The notes below the pieces were generated by a model. The model saw nothing but the letters and a program-made list of their open reading frames with translations. It was not told the DNA's origin and did no database searches. Made by a program: the position numbers and the translations under genes. Shown here one piece after another: positions 38,242-47,600 of a stretch of DNA of 64,000 bases (positions within the stretch are counted from its first letter, which is position 1; every line of letters starts with the position of its first letter). Source of the DNA: a virus (lineage: Duplodnaviria; Caudoviricetes); the IMG/VR virus record IMGVR_UViG_3300020434_000055; one strand, given 5' to 3'.

Positions 38242-39213
38242 ATGACTAAAAATAATCCAATATCTAGACCAAAAGCATTTTTTTTAAATGGAGGAATGGG
38301 CAGAATTATTTGTGCCATCCCTGCCCTTGAAAAATATTATGAAGAATCTGATGATAAAGATTTTATCATAGTAGTAGAAGGAATTCAAAATATTCTAAAT
38401 GGTCATCCAACTTTAGACGCTAGAACATATGATTATTCTCATAAAAATTTATTTCATACTAAACTTGTAAAAATGGATGTAGTAAGTTTAGAACCTTATA
38501 GAGTATGGGAATATTATAATCAAAAATGTAATATAATTCAAGCATTTGATATTTTAATTAATAATAAAGGTGTAAGAGAATTGCCTAAACCTAAAATTAA
38601 TTTGAGTAAAGAAGAATTAATGGCAGGAGAAAAAGCAATAAATGATATTAAAAAACAAATTAAAAAAGACAAAGTAATTATTATTCAACCCTTCGGTCGA
38701 GCAATTCAACAAATAGATAGTAGTTTTGTAGATAAATCTAACCGAAGTATGGAATTTAAAAATTTAAAAAATTTAATAAGAAAATTTCAGGAAAAAGATT
38801 ATGCAGTAGCTATAATGGCAGAATTTGGAATAGAATTTAAAGATGAAAAATATAAAGATGAAGTAGCAATGCCTGAAAAAATTGACTTAAGACAATGGAC
38901 AGCAATTATAAAATATGCTGATCAATTTTTAGGTTGTGACAGTGTAGGACAACATTTGTCTTATATAGTTGATACACCATGTACAGTTGTTATAGGACAA
39001 ACTTATCCTATTAACACATCATACCCTAAAACAAAAAATATTTCTATAATTGATATGGGACAACTAGAACGAGAATATGATCCAATAAGAATAACAGTAG
39101 ATGAAAGAGTTAGTAGACAAGGTGAAAAATTAATGTGGATGAGTAAAGAAATAGAAGATCTTGTTGTAAAAGTAGTATTAGGTGAAGAAACAATAGAGGA
39201 AGAAGATGAATAA
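38242..39213 (+). CDS. GT9 / heptosyltransferase-like glycosyltransferase 1
   Basis: N-terminal GGMGRIICAIPAL; IIIQPFG; C-terminal FLGCDSVGQHL..VIGQTYP matches the GT-B/GT9 G-x-D-S..H motif. Confidence 0.65.
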   Translation: MTKNNPISRPKAFFLNGGMGRIICAIPALEKYYEESDDKDFIIVVEGIQNILNGHPTLDARTYDYSHKNLFHTKLVKMDVVSLEPYRVWEYYNQKCNIIQAFDILINNKGVRELPKPKINLSKEELMAGEKAINDIKKQIKKDKVIIIQPFGRAIQQIDSSFVDKSNRSMEFKNLKNLIRKFQEKDYAVAIMAEFGIEFKDEKYKDEVAMPEKIDLRQWTAIIKYADQFLGCDSVGQHLSYIVDTPCTVVIGQTYPINTSYPKTKNISIIDMGQLEREYDPIRITVDERVSRQGEKLMWMSKEIEDLVVKVVLGEETIEEEDE

Positions 39214-41014
39214 AAAATCTGGATGGATTGCCGCAATTTCTAGAGGACATAATTCAGGAATATGTCTAATGAAAGATGGAGAAATTATTTTTGCAATTGA
39301 AGAAGAAAGATTATCAAGACACAAATATGATGGTGGTCCTTATATGAGTATGTTGGAAATATTAAAATATACAGACACTTTAGATTATTTAATTATAGCA
39401 CATACCCAACCATTAACTGATCCTTCTACTGGTAGAGTTGATTATACAGGTGATGATGTATATACAGGTTTAGCAAGAAAATTAGGATTGATAGATAGAA
39501 AAGTAGATTTAAAAAAACATCCTCAAGTAATAGATCTCAGTCATATTCATCACAAGTTACACGCCGCCTGTGCTTTTTATAGATCTGGATTTGATGAAGC
39601 GTGTGCGGTTATTTGTGATGGTGCAGGAACTTTTATGCCTATTAATAGTTCTCTTGTAGGTGATATGACAATGTTTGAAGTTGAATCTATATTTGATTGT
39701 TCTTATCCTAATAATATATTTACTGTATGGAAACATTATGGTACTGGTACAACATCTCCAGGTGCTCTTATGACACAACAATCAGACAAAATGGGAGAGC
39801 CTGGAAGAACTCATCAAGTATTATTGTCAGACAAGGCAGGAATTACTAAAGTTTATGAAGCAGTTACTCAATACTGTGGATTTTCTGCCATTGAAGCAGG
39901 AAAAACAATGGGATTATTTCCTTATGGAAAACCTAATGATAGAATCCCTAAACTTTTTCAACAAGAAGGAAGATTTTCACAATCTAATAGAAATGTAATT
40001 CTTCCTACATATCCAAATGCGGCTATAGTAAATGAACAAATGTATGAATATCTTAATAATGTACCTGAAAGTTGTTCTGATGTTTCTACATTAGATAATA
40101 GGAGAGATTTAGCATATGCTTGTCAAATAGAAACTCAAGCAGAATTATTAAAAGTAATTTACCAGGCTGTAAAAAGAACAGGTAGAAAAAATGTTGTATT
40201 ATCAGGTGGCTATGGATTAAATTGTGTAGCAAATTATTTTTATCTTGAATCTTTAAGAAAAGATGGAATTAATTTATTTGTTGAACCTGTGTCAAATGAC
40301 GCTGGAACAGCCATTGGAGCGGCTCTTTTATTTTATTATGCTTTGTCAGAGGATAAGACAAAAAGACCACTTACTACATTGTGTCAAGGTCCTGAAAGAA
40401 AATATACATTAGAACAAATACAAGAATTAACAAATAAAGAAGGTATTGAATTAGTAGATGCAAACGATAAAGATATAGTCAAATTAATGATAGAAAAAAA
40501 TATTGTTTCTATGTTTCAAGGAAAATCAGAGAGTGGACCTAGAGCATTAGGTAATAGAAGTATTTTATTTGATCCTACATTTAAAGATGGTAAAGATTTT
40601 GTTAATATAGTTAAACGTAGAGAATATTTTAGACCATTTGCAGGGTCTATATTACATGAACACGTACATGATTGGTTTGATTTAAGAGGAATGGAAGAAA
40701 GTCCTTTTATGATGTATGCTGTAAATTGTCAAGAAGGAATAGCAGAAAAAATTCCTAGCATTATACACATAGATGGTACTTGTAGAATACAAACAGTTAA
40801 AGAAGAACAAAATCCATTGTATTATAAATTAATTAAAGAGTTTTATGATCAAACAAAAATACCAATAGTGTTTAATACGTCATTTAATTTGGCAGGAGAA
40901 CCACTTGTAGAAACATTACAAGATGCTATATTAACTCTTGAACACTCTCTTTTAGAATATTTGTATCTTCCAGAATATGGAAAAATGATAAAGGTAAAAA
41001 ATGTCGAGAAATAG
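39206..41014 (+). CDS. O-carbamoyltransferase (NodU/CmcH/TobZ family)
   Basis: HHKLHAACAF, DGAG, EAGKTMGL, SGGYGLNCVAN, NDAGTAIGAA, ESGPRALGNRS, KRREYFRPFA, HIDGTCRIQTV, NTSFNLAGEP. Confidence 0.92.
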   Translation: MNKKSGWIAAISRGHNSGICLMKDGEIIFAIEEERLSRHKYDGGPYMSMLEILKYTDTLDYLIIAHTQPLTDPSTGRVDYTGDDVYTGLARKLGLIDRKVDLKKHPQVIDLSHIHHKLHAACAFYRSGFDEACAVICDGAGTFMPINSSLVGDMTMFEVESIFDCSYPNNIFTVWKHYGTGTTSPGALMTQQSDKMGEPGRTHQVLLSDKAGITKVYEAVTQYCGFSAIEAGKTMGLFPYGKPNDRIPKLFQQEGRFSQSNRNVILPTYPNAAIVNEQMYEYLNNVPESCSDVSTLDNRRDLAYACQIETQAELLKVIYQAVKRTGRKNVVLSGGYGLNCVANYFYLESLRKDGINLFVEPVSNDAGTAIGAALLFYYALSEDKTKRPLTTLCQGPERKYTLEQIQELTNKEGIELVDANDKDIVKLMIEKNIVSMFQGKSESGPRALGNRSILFDPTFKDGKDFVNIVKRREYFRPFAGSILHEHVHDWFDLRGMEESPFMMYAVNCQEGIAEKIPSIIHIDGTCRIQTVKEEQNPLYYKLIKEFYDQTKIPIVFNTSFNLAGEPLVETLQDAILTLEHSLLEYLYLPEYGKMIKVKNVEK

Positions 41015-41951
41015 TGCTATCTTTTTAAATGGTGGAGCAGGAAGAATGCTCAATTCAATACCTGCTTTAGAGAATTATCAAAAAGAAAATCCGGATGATG
41101 ATTTTGTAATAGTTTGTGAAGGTGGTACAGATGTTTTAAAAGGACATCCAACGTTACATTTTAGAACTTATGATGCTTGGCATAAAAACATTTTTCAAGA
41201 AATTTTAAAAGATAGAAATATAATTAGTCCAGAACCTTATAGAATTTGGGAATACTATACTCAAAAATGTAGTCTTGCTCAAGCATATGACATTGCACTT
41301 AATAATAAAGGCATAAGAGAATTATCTAAACCTTCAATAAAATTAAGTAAAGATGAAATTTTATATGCTCGAAAAATGTTAACAGAAATAAAAAATAAGA
41401 CTAAAAAAGACAAAGTAATTATAGTACAACCATTTGGACGAGGTATTAAAAAAGAAGATAAAGATATAGTAGACATTACAGGTAGAAGTATTGAAATAAA
41501 AAATCTTTATAATATTGTAAGAAAATTGGCTAAAAATTACAGTATATTAGTTATGACTGAAGTAGCTTTAGAATTTAATAAGCATATGTCAACACCTATT
41601 GCTATGCCACCTAATGTTCATATTAGAATATGGATGGCTTTAATTAAACAATGTGATCACTTTTTAGGTTGTGATAGTGTAGGACAACATATTGCTTATG
41701 CTTTTGATAAAACTACTACAGCTATAATAGGGTCTACATACCCTATTAACACGTCATATCCTGACGAAGAAACGTTTGACATCATAGATTTGGGCAAAGA
41801 TGACCGAGTATATAGCCCTATAAGAATAACTGTAGATGAATTTTCTGACAGAATAAATGAAGGTATAATGGACATGGATGACCAGCAAGAACAAAGGATA
41901 ATTCAGTCAGTTAATAGAATGATAAAACACGGTAAAAATAACCAATCATAA
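41001..41951 (+). CDS. GT9 / heptosyltransferase-like glycosyltransferase 2
   Basis: Clear paralogue of 38242 (GGAGR..IPAL, PEPYRIWEYY, FLGCDSVGQH, STYPINTSYP, PIRITVDE). Confidence 0.65.
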   Translation: MSRNSAIFLNGGAGRMLNSIPALENYQKENPDDDFVIVCEGGTDVLKGHPTLHFRTYDAWHKNIFQEILKDRNIISPEPYRIWEYYTQKCSLAQAYDIALNNKGIRELSKPSIKLSKDEILYARKMLTEIKNKTKKDKVIIVQPFGRGIKKEDKDIVDITGRSIEIKNLYNIVRKLAKNYSILVMTEVALEFNKHMSTPIAMPPNVHIRIWMALIKQCDHFLGCDSVGQHIAYAFDKTTTAIIGSTYPINTSYPDEETFDIIDLGKDDRVYSPIRITVDEFSDRINEGIMDMDDQQEQRIIQSVNRMIKHGKNNQS

Positions 41952-42017
41952 CCCACTCCCCCACTCAACTCTATCCTAGTAAAATTGGTAAATACATAAT
42001 ATAGAAGGATTTTTCAA

Positions 42018-42434
42018 ATGTTTGATGTGTCAAGATTATTTGGTAAAGGCGACAAAAATACGTTGTTAATGAAAAATGGATTAAATTTTTCATACAGCGG
42101 CCCTTATACTGTGGTAGAAGAAGAGGTGGTTTTAGACCAATGGCACGTTAATACCTTCTGTACAGCAGAGTATACAATATCTGTAGATTACGATACAAAT
42201 AATAAAGAAATTATTAGATGTTTAATGGTAGCTAGTCCTGAAAATAGTTCTCTTACAATTTATGGTAGATCAAATTTAGGAAATGATTTAGTAAAATTAA
42301 CTAGTGCAGTTACTAATTCATATGTACAATTAAAAATAGACCCTGCAAATAAAACAGCAACAACAAAATATACAGGATCAAAAGTTATCTTTAAAGCAAC
42401 ATATTTTCAAACAATAAATGCTTTAAAACTTTAG
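42018..42434 (+). CDS. Probable virion structural protein
   Basis: Beta-rich, preceded by TAAATA, inside the tail cluster. Confidence 0.45.
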   Translation: MFDVSRLFGKGDKNTLLMKNGLNFSYSGPYTVVEEEVVLDQWHVNTFCTAEYTISVDYDTNNKEIIRCLMVASPENSSLTIYGRSNLGNDLVKLTSAVTNSYVQLKIDPANKTATTKYTGSKVIFKATYFQTINALKL

Positions 42435-42468
42435 AAGGAAAACAAGATAAATATAGAGTGGACATAAA

Positions 42469-44658
42469 ATGGCAGTAAATTATAAACCTTTAGAATCGCA
42501 ATATGGTTATAAATCCCCAGGATTTGTTGTAGATGATACGGGTAATGTAACAGTAAGAACTGTAACCAGCACATATATTCCAACACCAGCTGAATCCGTA
42601 AATTTCATAGTTTCTGAAGATGCAAGTCAATTTACTATGGTGGCACCTTCAGCCGCATCTTATACTCCAACAGCCGCATCATATACACCTTCAACAGGAG
42701 TAATGGTATTAACTATTGGAACACATACTTTACAAGCTGGTAATAAAATTAAAATTGCCCCTAATAGTTTAACATTTACTTGTAACATGGACGGTCACGC
42801 TACTGAAAAAACATATCCAAGGGCAACTGGATCAGCCGCACCTGGTGGAGTAGATTATTTCTATGATAAAGAAATAACACTTACTGGTAGAACAGAAACA
42901 ACAATTACAATGAACGTTGGTGATACTAGTATATCAGGTAACAATCATCCACATACGTTTGTAAGAGCTACTGCTGATTGTGTAACTAATGAGTCTTTAG
43001 GAACTAATCCACTTCTTTCTTTAGAAAGAGGACAAAGTTATGTTTTTAAACTTAATGAATTAAGTTCTTTAACATTTAATACATTTTCACCTGACGGTAA
43101 TAATCCTTTAGTTCCAGGAAATCTTTTTAATGATGGTTTAAAACACGTTACAACTATTACAGGAAATACACTTGTATCTGGTACTTTAACATTTGCTCAA
43201 TCTTGGCAACAAGAAACAGATTATAATAGATCTGTATCTATAGTTGTACCTGATACTGCAAATACTCCTTTACAAGGAAAACAAATACCTGTAGTTATAA
43301 GTTTGCATAATACAAATAAAACAATGGGGAATGGTATTGCAAACATTACATATATGACAGACAAAATTTTAATTGCTCCTCAAGGTTATAATAATGAATG
43401 GAATGTTGGTTATCAAACTAGTAAAGCAAATGATATTGCATTTCTTGATAGCATTATAGAAGAATTAGAAAAGTATGACAATGTAGATACTACAGCTATT
43501 ACAATAGTAGGTAAAGGTAATGGCGGACAGTTAGCACATCAATATGGTTTACAAACAACAAAAACAAATGTTACAAACATAGTAATTGAGTCAGCATTAT
43601 TTCACGAAGATCAATACAGAAAAGATACTAATACGTTTTATGGAATGAATTTAACAAATTTAGGAGATTCAACAGTTGTATCTTGGTCGGCTGTATCAGT
43701 TTTACCTAAAAATATTTTAATGTTTCACGGTGAGGTAGATTTAGTTTTTCCTTATAATGGTGGAACTGTAAGTGGTCAAACTTTTACTAACGCAGAAGAT
43801 ACTATATATGGTTGGGCAAAAGCAAATAATACAGCTGAAGCACAATTAAGCAACTCTGGTGTTACACAATCAGATGGGTCAAACTTATTCTCATATAATT
43901 CTGGTGATGTTCAAATGTATGGATTTCCTAATATAGCACAAAATTGGGACGCATTTCTAACATCAGTTCAAGCAAAAATAAATGCTTTAGCAACACCTAA
44001 TTCTTATTTGAATATTCCAGTAATTACAGATACTACTGAAGGTGATGCACAAGGAAAAGCAACAGGACTTACAACGTGGGAAGTTCCAGTAGATGCTCCA
44101 GATGTATTATTTTATGGAAATAGTAATCGAAATCCTTATGGATCAGTTGCTATTACTAACCCAACTCTTGTAGGAATAGGATCTTTTAGTTCTATTCTTA
44201 ATACAGGAAATTTCTTTAGTTCAGGTGAAGATGCAATTATAACAATGAGTCCAACAGGTACTGGTACTGTAACTATTTCTCCAGCAGGTGGTGGATTTGT
44301 AAACAATGTAAATGTTAATGCAACTAATTTAACAGTAGGTGGAGAAGTAACTATAACACCTAATGAAGATGTAACTATAAGCCCACAAGTAAATGGTACG
44401 TTAGCAATGAACCCTTTATCAAGAGGTGAAATGAATAATATGAATATAGGAGGTTCTATAGCAGGAGATGGGTCTTTTTCTAGTTTAGTTTCTAGCGGAG
44501 GAACGTTAAATAACACTACAATTGGTGTAACTACACCTGCAAATGCTGGGTTCTTAACTGCTACGGCGGAAAACGTTCCGACAGATAAAAAGGACTTAGG
44601 TAATAAAGCGTATATTGATAATACCTCAATGGTATATTCAATTGCATTAGGAGTATAA
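42469..44658 (+). CDS. Tail protein with one YPRATG domain and a degenerate alpha/beta-hydrolase domain
   Basis: Repeat at about 42661-42990; LIAPQG..W, DIAFL, IVGKGNGG, FHGEVDLVFPYNGG; ends YSIALGV. Confidence 0.65.
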   Translation: MAVNYKPLESQYGYKSPGFVVDDTGNVTVRTVTSTYIPTPAESVNFIVSEDASQFTMVAPSAASYTPTAASYTPSTGVMVLTIGTHTLQAGNKIKIAPNSLTFTCNMDGHATEKTYPRATGSAAPGGVDYFYDKEITLTGRTETTITMNVGDTSISGNNHPHTFVRATADCVTNESLGTNPLLSLERGQSYVFKLNELSSLTFNTFSPDGNNPLVPGNLFNDGLKHVTTITGNTLVSGTLTFAQSWQQETDYNRSVSIVVPDTANTPLQGKQIPVVISLHNTNKTMGNGIANITYMTDKILIAPQGYNNEWNVGYQTSKANDIAFLDSIIEELEKYDNVDTTAITIVGKGNGGQLAHQYGLQTTKTNVTNIVIESALFHEDQYRKDTNTFYGMNLTNLGDSTVVSWSAVSVLPKNILMFHGEVDLVFPYNGGTVSGQTFTNAEDTIYGWAKANNTAEAQLSNSGVTQSDGSNLFSYNSGDVQMYGFPNIAQNWDAFLTSVQAKINALATPNSYLNIPVITDTTEGDAQGKATGLTTWEVPVDAPDVLFYGNSNRNPYGSVAITNPTLVGIGSFSSILNTGNFFSSGEDAIITMSPTGTGTVTISPAGGGFVNNVNVNATNLTVGGEVTITPNEDVTISPQVNGTLAMNPLSRGEMNNMNIGGSIAGDGSFSSLVSSGGTLNNTTIGVTTPANAGFLTATAENVPTDKKDLGNKAYIDNTSMVYSIALGV
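42661..42990 (+). repeat. Single YPRATG domain
   Basis: Core at 42814; closely similar at DNA level to the copy at 24366. Confidence 0.85.
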
Positions 44659-44662
44659 TTAA

Positions 44663-47600
44663 ATGGCTAAAAAGAAATTAAAAAATTATATATTTCAAAA
44701 AGGAATTCCTAAAACCGGGAATAACTATCCTATTGCTTGGAATCTACTTGATAAAAACGTAGAATATCTTAAAGATGAAATGTTAGGATATATTAAAGCC
44801 AGCTCAGCTAGAGATACTGCTATTAATTTATATCCTAATTTAGATTCTAGAATTACAAATAATAAAGAATATATTAAAGATGAAGTTGCATCTTGGGTTT
44901 CAGCACGAGTTATTCAAAATGTGGCACCATTTGCTGGTTATACAAAAGCGGCTAATGTTATAGAAGATGATGTTGATGCAGTAATAACTGCTGTTGCACG
45001 TGACGTTAGATATAATGGAAATGAACAAATAAGAGCACAAATAGAAACATATTTTATTGATGGAACACTTCAATTAGCTAATGGTGGCGATCCAGAAATA
45101 GCTTATCTAACTCAAGCTAGAACAATTATAACAGATTTCATTGCAACAGGAGCCACATATTCAAGTACTCAAAATGCAACAACTCAAGATCTAACAGGAT
45201 CAAATGGTGAATCAGGTGGAATAACTGAATTTACTACTAAAGCAAATCAAGTAATTGATACGATTGATAATGGAATTATACAAACTCCAGCTCTTTCTAG
45301 TAGCCCTTATGTATTTGAAAACTTTACTTACGATAAAAGTAAGTGCGATAGAGATTACCAATTTGTTTTAGATGCATTTTTAAATGATTTACGTTATAAT
45401 GGAAATAAATCAACAAGATATATTTCTTCTAAATTTTGGGTTGGATCAACACCTCAATTAGATGGAGATAGACAACCTGAAATACAAACACAATATTGGA
45501 TTAGAGATTTTATAAACAATTATATTTTTACTAATGTAGATGCTTCTAATCAATCTCCTAATGCAAGTACTATTATAAATGCTAATAAAGAATTTATAGG
45601 AGATGAAGTTGCGGCTTGGTTTGATGCAACATATCCAGGTGTTCATAGTCAAACAGAAATAGATAAGTGCGAAAGAGATTCTAAGTTTAATATCGAAGCA
45701 ATAGCACATGATATACAATATGGTGGTAATTCAGAAATAGTTAGAACAGCTAAAAAATATTGGGAAGGTGCCGCTTTAACATTATATCCAAATGAAAGAA
45801 CTTATGCAGTTGCAGTTAATAATAAAATAGAAGAAATTATTAATGGCTATATTCTTACTAATACTCCATGGACGTCATTACAAAGTCCAAGTGTAACTAT
45901 ACAAACAATGGGATCAGGTGAAGGTAGTGCTACTGCTAAAGTAACATCTTTCATCCAAATTCTTAATGCTGTAACATTAAATGGCGTAGGACAACTTCCA
46001 GTAGAAGTACATACTACTTCACATCAAGATCCTATAACTTCTGTTCAATTTACAGATGACAATACATCTGAAAGTCTAGCGTCTAATAGAATATCTACGC
46101 TTTCTTTTATTATTTCTGATGTAATGGAAAATGGATTAGATAATTTACCAGCTTTAGAAAGAAATGAAGTATCTAGTATAAGAGCAGTTGATCCAGCTGG
46201 AAAAATTAAACATGAAGATATTTTATTAGTTACTAATACTACAAGAAATACTGTATTATACAATTTTGCTGACCCTTCTATGGGTTGTGAAGTAGAATAT
46301 GACAGAGGACTAACTGGCAGTTCTCATACAGAGCTTGTTGAAGATACAGATTTTCCTTCTTTCTTAGAAGGTGCAGATACAATATCTACAATATTTTTTA
46401 ACGTAGATACTAGTACACACGAAAACACAGATAGTATACAAGCCTTTATAGAAGCTACAGAACTTAGAGTAAGACCATTTGATTTTGGTACAGATGCAAT
46501 TGAAAGATATAGAATTGCAAAACCTCAATCAATGATTGACGCTGACTTTGAGTATGGTCTTCAGCCAACAAAATGGCAAGCCATTTCAACACAAAGAGGT
46601 TATCCATCAATTTACGAAGTACCGGGTACAGATATTGACGTTGAATCAGTAACAACTGACGCATCAACTAGTACTCAAGGTATAGGTGCTTCATTAATAA
46701 CTGTAAACACAACAGGTCCTCATAACTTGGATGTTGGAGCTCCTATTTCAATTATAGGATTTGCAGGTTCAGGTGTAGAAGGTACAGGTAGAGCAACAGG
46801 ATCATTTGTTGTACATACTATTCCTACAAATAAACAATTAACTTATTATGCTAAAGCTAAAGTTGGTACTTCTGCTGGTGCAGTAATTTCTACAAAATTT
46901 ACTCAAATGCGTAGAGCCGCATTTTATACTGGGGCAGATTTAGGAGAACCAAGTTTTTCTGTTGCAAGTAATGGATCAAGTGGTGCTGTTGTTACATCAA
47001 TAGGCGCAATTCAAGGAGAAACAGTTTTAGCATTTACAGGAACACCTCCTCCTACTGGTGCACCTATTACTGGAACAGGTGTCGCAACAGGTACTCAAGT
47101 TACAGCGATTCAAGGAACAGGTGGAGCCATAGCAACACCAAAAATTAGTGGTGATTATGCCTCAGGAACATCACAAATAAATGTTGTTGATGCATCAGGT
47201 ATAGTTCAAAACTCTGTAATGGATAGAGGAGATGGTTATGCAACAACTATTATAAGTGTTGTAGGTCAAACTTTAGTTTTATCAACTCCATTAAATGGAG
47301 CTTTGATAGGTGATCAAACAGTTTATCCTGAAGTTGCTGGAACTAATGCAACGCCGGCAGGACTTGAGGCAACGTTTAATGTAACCTGGGCAGGTGGAAA
47401 CTATACTGTAACTCTTATTAATACTGGAAATGATTATGTAGTTGGAGATGCAATAGTTATTTTAGGAAATATGTTAAGTGGTACTACTCCTGAAAACGAT
47501 CTTATAATATCAGTAGATGAAGTAGATACTGCAGGAGAAATTCTTGCTTTTACATTTACAGGAGTCTCTTTTGGAGGAACAGGAAGTCTTTCAGGAATAA

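Noticed and set aside
41950-41972. C-rich tract ACCCACTCCCCCACTCAAC
   Set aside because: Single short occurrence with no hairpin or second copy; no supportable function.
18481-42990. Dispersed repeats as a diversity-generating retroelement (template/variable repeat)
   Set aside because: No reverse transcriptase in the window; all copies are in-frame coding; differences look synonymous or mixed rather than adenine-specific.
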